Positions 8,989-19,641 of a stretch of 64,000 nt of DNA are shown one piece after another. The stretch lies in IMG/VR virus record IMGVR_UViG_3300020294_000004. The stretch is one strand, 5' to 3'. Source of the DNA: an uncultured virus (IMG/VR IMGVR_UViG_3300020294_000004) (taxonomy: Duplodnaviria > Heunggongvirae > Uroviricota > Caudoviricetes > Crassvirales). The notes beneath the pieces were generated by a model, which did not search any database, was not told the DNA's origin, and worked only from the letters and a program-made list of their open reading frames with translations. The translations under genes were made by a program, and so were the position numbers. The first letter of the stretch is position 1; each line of letters begins with the position of its first letter.

Positions 8989-11031
8989 TTAAGATCTAAA
9001 TGCCATATATATAAATGAACTACTTACAGAGTTATCATTTAAACCACTTGTAACATCAAATCCTGTTGAAGTAAAAGTTACATAATTAGTGGTTGACTCT
9101 GCGGTACCTGTATTTACTGTTATACTATTTTGACTTCCTCTTTTATTGTCTTGAACAAACCAAGAACCTCCTGCAGTATAATCTTTTATCATAACCCAAC
9201 CTACTTCAAAACCTGTGTTTATAGATTGTGTATTTCCACTACCTGTACCGGCATAACTGCCTATTTTAGAATATCCGCTAATAGAAGACCAACAATACGC
9301 AATCCAAATTACCGAACCACTTGTCCAATCATTTTCAAATATTGTAGAATTGACAGTAGAAAAACTATTAGCTCTAGTTGTTTGTGCAGCAGTAGAAGAC
9401 AGTAATAAGTATTTTCCTGTACCTACATCTTTATGCCAAACTTGCCAATCTTCTGCAACGTCTACTCCTTTAAGTATAATCATGCCTATATCGGATCCTA
9501 GACCATGACCTACATTAATTGTTCCACCAGCAGAAGAAGTTTTTACAATACTAAAACCAGCAGTTGCATTTTTAGATATTGTTGAAGTTGTAGTACCATC
9601 AGGATTTGATACAGCTGTACCTCCGGCTTTCCATGCCCATTGTACATTAGTACCACTACCTCCTGAGCCAATAGAAGCATAAGTACCTATTGTAGTACTT
9701 GTTGCATTAAAAGCAGTTACACCTGATCTAACGCCTTCAGCGTCATTACTAGTCGGCCAAAGATTATTACTAGCACCTCTTACTGAATCATAAATAAAAT
9801 TACCATTTGCATATTGCCTGTTTGAAACCCAAGCTAAATCAGCTTGAAAACCTGTTGTAACAGTTGTATTGTTACCATTAAATAATGTGGTAATAAAATT
9901 ACCTGTAGCAGTTGGTGGTGTATAATCAGAAACTAATGTACCTGCTATTTGTTGCCATAAAGATCCGTTATAAAACTCTAAAGCACCAGTATCTGTATTA
10001 TCTCTTAATAATCCTTCTGTAGGTGAAGAGGGTCTACCAGTTCCTGTACCTGTAAAAGTTACAGTACCAGTACCTGCTGTTATTTTTATATATTTATCAC
10101 TACCTATAGTTACTTCAGCATCAGCTGCTCCTCCTGCTCCTGCACTATATGTAGCCGTAAGACCATTAGAATACCTTAAGATTATTACTCCAGAGCCACC
10201 TGCTCCTGTAATTGTAGCATTGCTAGCGGAAGCATTAGCACCGCCGCCTCCACTCCCGGTGTTTATTGCGCCATCAAATCCTGAAGTGTTAAGTGGTGCT
10301 GGTCCACCATTACCACCAACTCCTGATCCACCTGTACCTGGAGACCCTGAGAGATAAGTTCCACCGCCGCCACCGCCTGCATAAAACACTCCTGTAGCGC
10401 CAGTTATTTGATTTTCTAATCCATCGCCACCATTACCGCCGCCACCAGACGTAGCATTAACACCTACTGATCCCGCTCCTCCACCACCGCCTGGGGGAAA
10501 AGGATTAGAATTTTGTCCACCATCACCTCCTGCAAATCCTTGGACTACGGGTGAGCTTACAGCTGCTGCTCCGGTTTGGTTATTAGCACCGCCCCCTCCT
10601 CCTGATCCACCAGTGCCAGGTGTTGTTTGTGTATTATAAGAAGACCCTGCTCCTCCTCCAGTTGAGGTTATAGGAGATCCAGTAAAGCTTCCAGAAAATG
10701 TAGAATCTGATCCGTTATTTCCAGATAGATTTGTTCCTCCAGAGCTAACCCCAGCTGCGCCAGCACCAACTGTTACCGTATAGGCAACATTTATTGATAA
10801 AGCCACTGGAGACTCCATTGATCCTCCGCTTAATGTAATAGGTGATACCGTTCCATAAGAGGTTCGGTAACCGCCTGCTCCTCCACCGCCTCCATGGAAA
10901 GTTGCTCCACTTCCGCCACCAGCTACAACTAAAAAATCAACATTAAGACTAGTTGTACCTGAGGGTATAGTTAAAGCTGTAGTGTTACCACTAAGATCTA
11001 TGCTATCTGTTGATAATTTAGTTAATGCCAT
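8989..11031 (-). CDS. Gly-rich tail-fibre-type protein
   Basis: FLVVAGGG...GGSGVIILRY domain plus C-terminal domain with DSVRG, AGFSIV, GYSKIGSY, GFEVGWVMIK, IYMAF. Confidence 0.7.
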   Translation of the reverse strand: MALTKLSTDSIDLSGNTTALTIPSGTTSLNVDFLVVAGGGSGATFHGGGGGAGGYRTSYGTVSPITLSGGSMESPVALSINVAYTVTVGAGAAGVSSGGTNLSGNNGSDSTFSGSFTGSPITSTGGGAGSSYNTQTTPGTGGSGGGGGANNQTGAAAVSSPVVQGFAGGDGGQNSNPFPPGGGGGAGSVGVNATSGGGGNGGDGLENQITGATGVFYAGGGGGGTYLSGSPGTGGSGVGGNGGPAPLNTSGFDGAINTGSGGGGANASASNATITGAGGSGVIILRYSNGLTATYSAGAGGAADAEVTIGSDKYIKITAGTGTVTFTGTGTGRPSSPTEGLLRDNTDTGALEFYNGSLWQQIAGTLVSDYTPPTATGNFITTLFNGNNTTVTTGFQADLAWVSNRQYANGNFIYDSVRGASNNLWPTSNDAEGVRSGVTAFNATSTTIGTYASIGSGGSGTNVQWAWKAGGTAVSNPDGTTTSTISKNATAGFSIVKTSSAGGTINVGHGLGSDIGMIILKGVDVAEDWQVWHKDVGTGKYLLLSSTAAQTTRANSFSTVNSTIFENDWTSGSVIWIAYCWSSISGYSKIGSYAGTGSGNTQSINTGFEVGWVMIKDYTAGGSWFVQDNKRGSQNSITVNTGTAESTTNYVTFTSTGFDVTSGLNDNSVSSSFIYMAFRS

Positions 11032-11040
11032 ATTATACTA

Positions 11041-13668
11041 TTATGTTGTTGAAACAACTTCTATTCCGTTTGTTTGCGTTACAGGTGGAGGATTACTTAC
11101 TCCAAAATCAAGAGTTGATCCTGATATTGAATATGAATTTTTTTGTTGATAAACACCTGATATGTATACATCAGTGTAAGCTGTGCTAGATGGAGAAACA
11201 CCTAAGGTAAATTGATAAGCGGTTCCATCTCCTGTAAAATTGTTTACTGTTTTAGTTGGAAGTCCACCAGCATCTTGCCAAGTACCATCACCTCTTAAAA
11301 ATTTAGTTGTGTCTGTTCCACCACTTGCATCTGGTACATGACCAATTGTAGCACCACCTCCAAAAACTGTAGATGTTATAGTTAAGGTATCGGTAGCACC
11401 AGCAGCTGTAGTTATAGCTGTATTGCCTGATGTTATAAGAACTGTGTTATTATTTGAAATATCTTGTGTACCTGTTTGACCAGTTAACACCCACTTTTCA
11501 TAACTTACAGGTGCATTGATCCAATCAACACCAGCACCTCCACCACCAAGTGAAGATAATAATTGACCAGCTGAACCTGTACCTCCATTTACATCAATTA
11601 AATCTGCATCAAGTTCTAAATCTGCTTGCGCTGTTATTTTTCCTGTAACATTTGTAGGATTACTAATAGTAACTAAACTACCTGTATCTGCAATACTTGA
11701 ATCTGCTAATGCACTTGTTCCACTCCATTTAGCTAATTGGTTTGCTGTACCTGTACCTGTTACAGTACCTGTACCTGCACCAATATAAGTTTTAATTGTA
11801 GATAATGTAACTTCTTTTACTTCATTTCCTGCAGTTGAATCGTTTACTATAATTTTATCATTATTAACTACTGTGCCTAAAACGTTAGGTGCTGCAAGTA
11901 CTATATTGTTAGCTGTTGTATAATCAGGTGATATTGTACCTGTACCTGTTATTGGACCACCTGTTAAACCAGCGCCTGTTGCAACACTTGTAACACCTGT
12001 ACCTGTAGCAGTAGCAAAAATATTACCACCCATACTAGCACCGTGTATATAACATGTATAGTAAAGCGTTGGAGATCCTTGTTGTAGTGTTACTCTTAAT
12101 CTCCTAGTTGTAGCTGCATTAAAGTTTGTTGTATTAACCCAATCAGATTGTGTTGTTACAACGTTATCTAATAAATAAACTACACCTGTATTATAAACAG
12201 TTGTACTAGGAGTAGTTGTGCTTATTACAAGTGGATGCCCATCATTAGTTGCAGCATCTTGATTTATAAAAAATGTAGTACCTCTAGCAAGATACATGTC
12301 TTCTTGAGAGTTACCATCAACTACAAAAACACCACCAGCTACAGTTATAGTAATACTATTTAATGTTGTTGACGTTACAAAACCATCTGCAGTAGCAGCA
12401 AACATTTGGTTATCAAAACTTGCTACACCTTTAGTTGTACCAGCATCTGTTGCACCAGCTGTTGCAGGTACTACGTTTGATTCAACTGTTGTCCAATCAT
12501 TAACTGTAGAAGCACCAATAGCAGCAGCTGTTTTACATATTACTTGATCACCGATACCAAGTGGTTCACTACCGTAAAAACTACCAGCTGTTGTAACTAC
12601 ATATAAATCACCGACTGCAATTGCAACTCTTGATGCACCTGTTGTTAAATTACCACCACCATCTATTGCACCTGTACCCGCATTAAATCCACCTTTAAAT
12701 TCTACAGATCCAATAAGTGCGTTATCAATAGCTGTTTGTATTTGAGCACCTGTAGCTAAGTTAGGTGAGCTACCACTTACCGCTGCTGTTACAGCTGTTA
12801 AAGCTGGAGTTGAACTTGGGTTTGCTACAGTTATAGTATCAGTGTTAGCTGAGCTTACATTAGTAACACCTGCTGTTGCAGCTGCTATAGTAACCTGCGT
12901 AGCATTATCTCTTGTAAGTGTCATGTTATTACCAGCAACAAGTTTAACTGTAGAGTCATCACCTGTTGATGTAGATACTAAATTTAAATTAACATCATTA
13001 ACACTTTGTGTTGCGTTTAAATCATATTTATCTGCTACGGTTGTAAGATCTAACCATTGAGCAGCACCTGCACCTTGAGAGCTTAATACATAACCTGATG
13101 TACCAGTACTACCATTTGCTGATAATGTACCTGTTATTGTAACATTTGTGCTGTTTACATTTACAGCACTAGCTGTACCTGATAAAAATAAATCTTTCCA
13201 CCTGCCTGTACCTGTTATACCTAAATCATATGTTGCATCTGCTAATGGTGTAAGTATTTTACCAACAGTTATAGTTGTGCCACCACCTGGTTCTGCAAGT
13301 GATGAATTACCAAGCGCTGCAGTTGTAGACCATATTGGTATAGCATATTGAACACCTGATATACCACCTAGTTTGTTATTAAAAGTTGTCCAATCAGTAG
13401 AACTTAAATAACCATCTGTTGATGTATCTGCTTGTGGAATACTTACTGTACCATCTTTTGTTATTGTACCACCTGTAAGTGGGGCTGTAAATGTTATTGA
13501 CTCAACACCTATACCACCTAACGTTTTAATATAATCTGTTAGGGTTTGTATTGAATAACTTCTTGTTACATTAGTTTGTTTACCGTCCTGTGTAACAGTA
13601 GAAGTACCAATTAAAAGATCGGCAGCTTGTGGATTTGTTTCTTGAGGATAGCTGTATATTATTGCCAT
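11041..13668 (-). CDS. tail fibre protein with a cupredoxin-like insert
   Basis: MAIIYSYP N-terminus; T/G-rich repeats (GYLSSTDW, FLRGDGTW); GHP...YYTCYIHGASM motif. Confidence 0.7.
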   Translation of the reverse strand: MAIIYSYPQETNPQAADLLIGTSTVTQDGKQTNVTRSYSIQTLTDYIKTLGGIGVESITFTAPLTGGTITKDGTVSIPQADTSTDGYLSSTDWTTFNNKLGGISGVQYAIPIWSTTAALGNSSLAEPGGGTTITVGKILTPLADATYDLGITGTGRWKDLFLSGTASAVNVNSTNVTITGTLSANGSTGTSGYVLSSQGAGAAQWLDLTTVADKYDLNATQSVNDVNLNLVSTSTGDDSTVKLVAGNNMTLTRDNATQVTIAAATAGVTNVSSANTDTITVANPSSTPALTAVTAAVSGSSPNLATGAQIQTAIDNALIGSVEFKGGFNAGTGAIDGGGNLTTGASRVAIAVGDLYVVTTAGSFYGSEPLGIGDQVICKTAAAIGASTVNDWTTVESNVVPATAGATDAGTTKGVASFDNQMFAATADGFVTSTTLNSITITVAGGVFVVDGNSQEDMYLARGTTFFINQDAATNDGHPLVISTTTPSTTVYNTGVVYLLDNVVTTQSDWVNTTNFNAATTRRLRVTLQQGSPTLYYTCYIHGASMGGNIFATATGTGVTSVATGAGLTGGPITGTGTISPDYTTANNIVLAAPNVLGTVVNNDKIIVNDSTAGNEVKEVTLSTIKTYIGAGTGTVTGTGTANQLAKWSGTSALADSSIADTGSLVTISNPTNVTGKITAQADLELDADLIDVNGGTGSAGQLLSSLGGGGAGVDWINAPVSYEKWVLTGQTGTQDISNNNTVLITSGNTAITTAAGATDTLTITSTVFGGGATIGHVPDASGGTDTTKFLRGDGTWQDAGGLPTKTVNNFTGDGTAYQFTLGVSPSSTAYTDVYISGVYQQKNSYSISGSTLDFGVSNPPPVTQTNGIEVVSTT

Positions 13669-13681
13669 TTTTTATTTTTTA

Positions 13682-15223
13682 CTATGTTAATTGTAGTGTA
13701 CCTGTTATTGTTGTTACTACGGTTTGTGTTCCATTTATTGTTCCTGATGCATTTGTTATTGTAGGTCCAGCTGAAAAAGTATACCCAGCAGATTGCGTAC
13801 ATGTTGTTGAAAAAGCATTAACTGTTAAAGGTGAAGTACCTGTTTGTGTTGCGCCTGTTAAACTACCACCGAGTGTAAACCCTGAACCATCAGATGGTCC
13901 ACCTTGAATGTTTGTTATAACTAAAAGTGTAGCTGTTACTGTTGGTGTAGGCACAGCAGCTATAACACCTGTTAATGTTTGATTTACATTTGTTGTAGAT
14001 GCTATTGTACCTGTTTCTGTTAAACCACCAGCTGGAGTTGAAAAATAATAACCAGCTGCAGGTGTGGCTATAGTTGTAAATGAATAAGGTTCACCTGATA
14101 TACCTGTTTGTGTCGCTCCGTTTACATCGCCAGATAATACATATTCTACACCCGCTGTTCCACCAGTAATACTGTTTGTTGTATTTAAAGTAACTGTAAA
14201 AGCTGTTCCTGCGCTAGCATTAGCAATTACTACATAAAAAGTATTTACATCTTTAGGGCTTAAAGCTGTATATTCTGCTTGTGTTAATGTTACAACGTTG
14301 TTTACTACAGCGGTTGTTGTATATGTATCTGTATTATTTTTTACAGTATTACTATCACCTGTGTCTATATATTGTTTTACAAGAGGTAATGCTGTTTCTG
14401 GTATATCTAAAAGTCTAGTAGTTTTTACATCACTAGAGCTTAATTGGTTAAATGGTATAAAATCATCTTGTGTAGGTGTTGCTGCAGAAGATCCTACTAT
14501 TATATAATTATTAGAACCTGTATAGCTAACACCAATATTAGGGTTAGATGTATTTGTTCCAGATCCTAAAACTAAACCATCACCTGGTAAAACACTTTGT
14601 ACTGTGCCTGGATTATTTTCTGCATTTATTGTTACATTACCTAAACCAGTAGCTGGTGCTAAAGTTATGTTTGATCCAGCTACAAGAGATAATACACCTG
14701 TATTTGTAACAGTTACATTACCTGTTGCTTGATCTACGCTTATACCATTACCAGATATAATACTTGTTACAGCACCTGTTACTGAAGGTATATTTACAGT
14801 TACATCATTGCTAGATCCTACGGTTGCAGTCACACCACCACCTGTAAAATTTAAAGAAGTTACAGCACTTGTTATACTAGAACCTTCGTCTAACACAGCA
14901 ATATTAGGTGATCCAGTGCTTGTTGCAGGTGACCAAGTATTATCACCTCTTAAAAATGTTGTATTAGATGGAGTACCTGTTGCAGAAAGTGATGCTGTTA
15001 AAGTACCACTACTTGTTATAGGTCCACCCGCTATACTTATAAATGTTGAGTCGGCAGTAGCTACACTTGTAACTGTACCTGTACCTGATGTAACAGAAAC
15101 CAACGCGGCTAAACTAGCTATAGTAAAACCTTTTGTTTCTTTATCATTATCCATTTTAGTTCCAAGAAGAACATCATTTGTTGTAGGTGTTGCTGCATTT
15201 GGATAACTATATATTATTGCCAT
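13682..15223 (-). CDS. tail fibre protein
   Basis: MAIIYSYP N-terminus; GTVTSV, FLRGDNTW and LTQAEY..L motifs. Confidence 0.7.
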   Translation of the reverse strand: MAIIYSYPNAATPTTNDVLLGTKMDNDKETKGFTIASLAALVSVTSGTGTVTSVATADSTFISIAGGPITSSGTLTASLSATGTPSNTTFLRGDNTWSPATSTGSPNIAVLDEGSSITSAVTSLNFTGGGVTATVGSSNDVTVNIPSVTGAVTSIISGNGISVDQATGNVTVTNTGVLSLVAGSNITLAPATGLGNVTINAENNPGTVQSVLPGDGLVLGSGTNTSNPNIGVSYTGSNNYIIVGSSAATPTQDDFIPFNQLSSSDVKTTRLLDIPETALPLVKQYIDTGDSNTVKNNTDTYTTTAVVNNVVTLTQAEYTALSPKDVNTFYVVIANASAGTAFTVTLNTTNSITGGTAGVEYVLSGDVNGATQTGISGEPYSFTTIATPAAGYYFSTPAGGLTETGTIASTTNVNQTLTGVIAAVPTPTVTATLLVITNIQGGPSDGSGFTLGGSLTGATQTGTSPLTVNAFSTTCTQSAGYTFSAGPTITNASGTINGTQTVVTTITGTLQLT

Positions 15224-15228
15224 ATTTT

Positions 15229-17886
15229 TTAATTTTCTATTATTACTATTTCACACGTTTGTCCGTTAGACATCGCTGCAAATTGTGCTGATCTATAACT
15301 TAAACTTGTACTACCTGATGTCCATGTTTCATAATAAGGAATTACTCTATTACCATCTAGTTTTGCTTCCCACTCGCCACTACCTTCAGGTGTTGTTACT
15401 GGGCATTGATATTGTGCACCACAAGTTGGTGTATAAAGTTGACCGCCAACACAACTGTTAGTATTATCACACCAAGAAGCACCTTTTCTTTGTAATGAAA
15501 CATTAACTGTATTACTTGATGATACTTGGAAACCAGTTAACTGTTGACTACTGTTTCCATATACAGTAAATGTTTGAGATGCACCTCCACCACTAAATGT
15601 TACTTCATATGTAGCATTACTCTGTAAAGTGGGAGTTACTTTTACAGTTACTGTTATAGGTGTCATTGTAGCTGAACCTGTTATTGTAGGATTATTTTCT
15701 ATTAATGGATCACCACTGCTTGTTCCACTACCACTTTGACCACCAGTTACATTAAATGTAACAGTACCATTACTACCTATAGGTGACATGCTTACTGTAG
15801 GTGCACTTGGATTAAAATAATAACCGCCGCTAGCTTGAAATGAAGGTGTTGTATATAGGTATGTACCTGAAGCTGCAGGTGATGGCGTTTGCACAGCACT
15901 TACTAAACTATACTGACTACCTGATATAGCTGCATTCATTACAGCTGTTGCATCTAATTTTCTGTATTGTAATGGAGGCGGTGCACTATATGTTATTTGT
16001 CCAGTTAAGGTAACATTTACCGTTGCGTTTGCACCACTTATTGTTCCACTTGATGGAGTAAACGTAGCTGTGATTGGTGTTGTCCAAGCATAATTTGCTT
16101 CATTAATACTAGGTTGATTTGAGTTTAGTGTAAACGAATAAGAAGCACCTTGTGTTAAACCACTTAGCGCAGCGCTTATTGTTCCACCTGCTTGTGAAAT
16201 ACTAGAAGATTGAGATGAATTACCAGTAAAACCTAATGTATAAGTTGGTGTTCCAGCACCTGACCCTGTTACAGTAACATTATTGGTTACAACTAAATCA
16301 ACACTATAACTTATATAATTTAAAGAACCACCTACATATATAGGTTCATTCGATTGTCCATTATTAGTAAACGATAAACTAGCAGGTGTTACAAATGGAC
16401 CGCCTGAGCTTGTTGACCAACCAACACTTCCAGTTGCAACTGATGCATTAAAAGAAGCTGATGCATTAAATGTACTTGTACCTCCACAAGACGTAGTATC
16501 TGTTAATGGAGATGGTGGAGTTATTGTTGCAGTGCCTGCTGCATTACCAGATATTACATTAACCACTTGAACACTCATTTGACAACTACTGACAGGAGGT
16601 GTTATACTAGCTGTTATAGTTTGGTTAAGTGTAGCACTACCATTTATAGTACCTGTTATAGGTGTTGTTGGTGAAAACGTAGGGCCTGATGAAATGCTAT
16701 ATCCGTTTAAAGCTGTAAATGATGTTGCAAAATTATAAGGCGTACCATTAACACCAGTTATGGATGTACCTGGATTACTATTAATTGTTGTGCTTACATT
16801 ATAATTTGATGGGCTTGCTGTTCCACCGGTACTTGTATCTGTTATATTTAAAATTCTATTAAGTGTTACAGTGTGTGCTGTACCTGCACCTACAATTAAA
16901 TATACAGTATTAGGATCTTTTGTTACTATTTGGTTATACTCTGTAATAGTTATTGTTACCATTTGCATGGCCTTAGCTGTAGTTGTATAACCTACTGGTT
17001 CTACATTAGCTACTTTATTTTTATCCGCACTATCAATATATGTTTTGATGGCAGAAAGCATGTCTTGTGTTATATTACCTGCTCTACTTGTTTTAACATT
17101 ACTCGATGTTAGTTGATTATAAGGAAGTATATCATCTTCTGTTACTGTTTCAAGAACATCTGTTCTTATGTAGTTATTACTGCTTGTTAAATCAATTTCA
17201 AGTTTTGCGTTTGTAGTTGCATCTGTTACTTCTGTACCTATAGATGAATTTACAGAAATTACAGTACCAGCATTTTTAACCGTACTTATTGTTATATTAC
17301 CTGTTGTGCTAGACAACGTTGTGTTACCACCAGCTCTTAATTGATACAAGTTATTAGTTATTGTAACATTACCAGTTGATGGGTTTGTTGTTGTGTCACC
17401 TGTTGTTGTAATACCTATTCCGTCTAAAACAGAATCTACAAAAGTACCTACACCTGGTATATCAACAGTTACTTGATCATTACTAGATACATTAGCTGTA
17501 ACACCTGTACCAGTAAAATTCCAAGAAGCTGTATCGGTTGTTAATGTATTACCACTTGTTATTGTGGTAATGTCCGTTGGCGTGGGACCCGGTAGTGCCC
17601 AAGTCCCATCTCCTCTCAAGTAGGTGAGTGATGAGGGAGTGCCGGTGGCAGACAGACTCGCAGTAAGGGTACCCGACGTTGTGATGGGTCCGCCTGTAAA
17701 TGATATAAATGTTGAATTAGCTCCAGTTACCGATGTTACTGTGCTGTTATTCAGTGAAGCTAAAATAGTGTTAACAACCTCAGAGACTTTAAAGCTACGC
17801 ATTGCATTTTCTTCGCTTCTGTCTGTTCCTATTAAGAAATCACCTAGAGCAAGAGTATCTTGAGGGTACTTATATATGATGGCCAT
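15229..17886 (-). CDS. tail fibre / adhesin-like protein
   Basis: MAIIYKYP N-terminus paralogous to 13682..15223; S/T-rich beta-sandwich-like repeats. Confidence 0.7.
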   Translation of the reverse strand: MAIIYKYPQDTLALGDFLIGTDRSEENAMRSFKVSEVVNTILASLNNSTVTSVTGANSTFISFTGGPITTSGTLTASLSATGTPSSLTYLRGDGTWALPGPTPTDITTITSGNTLTTDTASWNFTGTGVTANVSSNDQVTVDIPGVGTFVDSVLDGIGITTTGDTTTNPSTGNVTITNNLYQLRAGGNTTLSSTTGNITISTVKNAGTVISVNSSIGTEVTDATTNAKLEIDLTSSNNYIRTDVLETVTEDDILPYNQLTSSNVKTSRAGNITQDMLSAIKTYIDSADKNKVANVEPVGYTTTAKAMQMVTITITEYNQIVTKDPNTVYLIVGAGTAHTVTLNRILNITDTSTGGTASPSNYNVSTTINSNPGTSITGVNGTPYNFATSFTALNGYSISSGPTFSPTTPITGTINGSATLNQTITASITPPVSSCQMSVQVVNVISGNAAGTATITPPSPLTDTTSCGGTSTFNASASFNASVATGSVGWSTSSGGPFVTPASLSFTNNGQSNEPIYVGGSLNYISYSVDLVVTNNVTVTGSGAGTPTYTLGFTGNSSQSSSISQAGGTISAALSGLTQGASYSFTLNSNQPSINEANYAWTTPITATFTPSSGTISGANATVNVTLTGQITYSAPPPLQYRKLDATAVMNAAISGSQYSLVSAVQTPSPAASGTYLYTTPSFQASGGYYFNPSAPTVSMSPIGSNGTVTFNVTGGQSGSGTSSGDPLIENNPTITGSATMTPITVTVKVTPTLQSNATYEVTFSGGGASQTFTVYGNSSQQLTGFQVSSSNTVNVSLQRKGASWCDNTNSCVGGQLYTPTCGAQYQCPVTTPEGSGEWEAKLDGNRVIPYYETWTSGSTSLSYRSAQFAAMSNGQTCEIVIIEN

Positions 17887-17991
17887 TTATGAATAAACTA
17901 GTATGTCACCTATATAAATCTCACTTATTGCATCTGTTCCTACATAAAATGCGTCTGGTTGTATGCTTCCTAAATATATATCTGTCGCCAT
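17887..17991 (-). CDS. 34-aa tail-fibre-associated peptide
   Basis: Translated by hand: MATDIYLGSIQPDAFYVGTDAISEIYIGDILVYS; three (I/F)Y(L/V/I)G repeats; stop abuts the next ATG. Confidence 0.7.
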   Translation of the reverse strand: MATDIYLGSIQPDAFYVGTDAISEIYIGDILVYS

Positions 17992-18014
17992 AATTTTTAC
18001 GTTTGTGTATACTC

Positions 18015-18044
18015 TATATACTTACAGAAAAGACTAAATTTTTA
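18015..18044 (-). promoter_or_regulatory. putative class II promoter
   Basis: Reverse complement TAAA-aatttagtcttttct-GTAAGTATATA, upstream of the tail-fibre operon. Confidence 0.55.
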
Positions 18045-18071
18045 CGCAAAAGCTAGTTTATTTACTATAAA

Positions 18072-18119
18072 GGTGACATAAGGTAGTTACTCTTAGTATC
18101 ATTAGTAGCTAGTGTCACC
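18072..18119. repeat. inverted repeat GGTGACA-N34-TGTCACC
   Basis: Read directly; a similar element occurs at 22869-22915. Confidence 0.7.
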
Positions 18120-18231
18120 ACTTGCTCGTATTTAGTTGTTGTAAGCATAGGGTATTTGTGTGGCGCTTAACTTGCTGGTTATCAGCACTTTACGGAAACG
18201 ACCTTGTTTTGCCCCAGGGCCCCCTTTTTTG

Positions 18232-18405
18232 TGACATTTTGACAAAAAGTTTTGACAATTTGTCATATTTTGTAGGTTTGGCATGGTTTTTGGCCCCGGA
18301 CAAACTAAAAACGATATTATGTAGATAATATAAAGATGTATTTTGATTTAAAATCTGATTAATGACATTATGACAATAAAAAGTATTTTATATGACAATA
18401 TGTCA
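18232..18405. repeat. two TGACA arrays (iteron- or operator-like)
   Basis: TGACA at 18232, 18240, 18253 plus TGTCA at 18261; TGACA at 18363, 18371, 18393 plus TGTCA at 18401. Confidence 0.7.
18301..18332 (+). promoter_or_regulatory. putative class I (early) promoter TAAATACG-N10-GATAATATA
   Basis: caaacTAAAAACG-atattatgta-GATAATATA. Confidence 0.65.
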
Positions 18406-18455
18406 TGCGGTATACTATTTAATAAATTTATATTAATAAATAAAATTACACCTTT

Positions 18456-18486
18456 AAACTAAATACGAAATATAAAAGATAATATA
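18456..18486 (+). promoter_or_regulatory. putative class I promoter
   Basis: aaacTAAATACG-aaatataaaa-GATAATATA. Confidence 0.7.
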
Positions 18487-19113
18487 AATGTAAAAACAAA
18501 TAAATATGTTTAATAAAAATGAAAAAAAAGTATTAATTGATTTATTATTTGATTTAATCAATTCTGATAAAATTGAATGTTATAATCCAAAAACAATTGA
18601 TAGTTTATTTGAAAAATTAAAAGTTAAAAATATATAATATGAATAAAAAAGTAATTGATTGGAATATAACTGGATCGTTATTAATTAACAAATGGAATTT
18701 AAATATCATTTATGATAATAACACTAAAGAAACAATAACAGATACAATGTCAAATGTAATTAAAATAAAAAATAATTTAAATGAGTATAAAAGAATTAAT
18801 AAATAAGTTAAAAGAAATTAAAAATAAAGAAGATTATATTGTAGATGTAAATTTTACAAATCCTTTTCAAATAGATATAAAAATAAATAAATAAAATATA
18901 TAAACAGATGGAATTCGACAAAACAAAAAACAAAGCTACGATTTATCTTAGATATAATAGATATAAAAAATTTAAAAATAAAATAGAAGAATTAAAAGAT
19001 CTTATTGATGAATTAACAAATCTTGGTGAAGACTATTCAATATTTCAAAATGCAAAAATAAGTCATAAGAAATTAAAAAGCATAAAGAAAGATTTAGAAA
19101 ATGTTGGATAACA

Positions 19114-19145
19114 CAAACTAAATACTAAAACAACAAGATAATATA
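19114..19145 (+). promoter_or_regulatory. putative class I promoter
   Basis: caaacTAAATACT-aaaacaacaa-GATAATATA. Confidence 0.65.
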
Positions 19146-19609
19146 ATCAAATAACATACAATGGAAAAAATTTATCAAGAATTATACTATAACGAAACAG
19201 AAAAAGGTTATGAAAGATCTAAAGCAATTGGTACAATATTAGGTAAAATATCAGGCCTTAAACAAGATATAAAATATATTGGTACTCTGTATACCAAAGA
19301 AGAATTAACAGAAAAAATAAATCAAATATATAAATTAATAAATAAAATAGAATTATGAGTAATGAAATAGAATTAAAAGGCCAAGAATTAGTTAACTATA
19401 TAATGCACAGGTGGAATTGGTCAGAAGAAAAAACACTACATTGGTTGGCAGATAACTTAAATAATAATAAATAATGAATAACTACAGCGCTTATATTGAA
19501 ATGGGATTACATAGCATTGCACAACACAAATATGATTGTGATGGATACCATAATCTGAATGAAGATCAAAGAGAAAATTGTAAACAAACATTAATAAATT
19601 GGATTCAGT

Positions 19610-19641
19610 CAAAGTAAATACGTTATAATACAGATAATATA
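19610..19641 (+). promoter_or_regulatory. putative class I promoter
   Basis: caaagTAAATACG-ttataataca-GATAATATA. Confidence 0.7.

Noticed and set aside
5707..17886. Diversity-generating retroelement acting on fibre genes
   Set aside because: No reverse transcriptase and no near-identical TR/VR pair were noticed.
18122..18328. 68-aa ORF in the control region
   Set aside because: TTG start; it runs through the repeat arrays and a promoter motif and has no coding-like composition.
18232..19641. Possible CRISPR array or mini-array
   Set aside because: The repeats are short, degenerate and irregularly spaced at gene boundaries, which fits promoters and operators; no cas genes are present.
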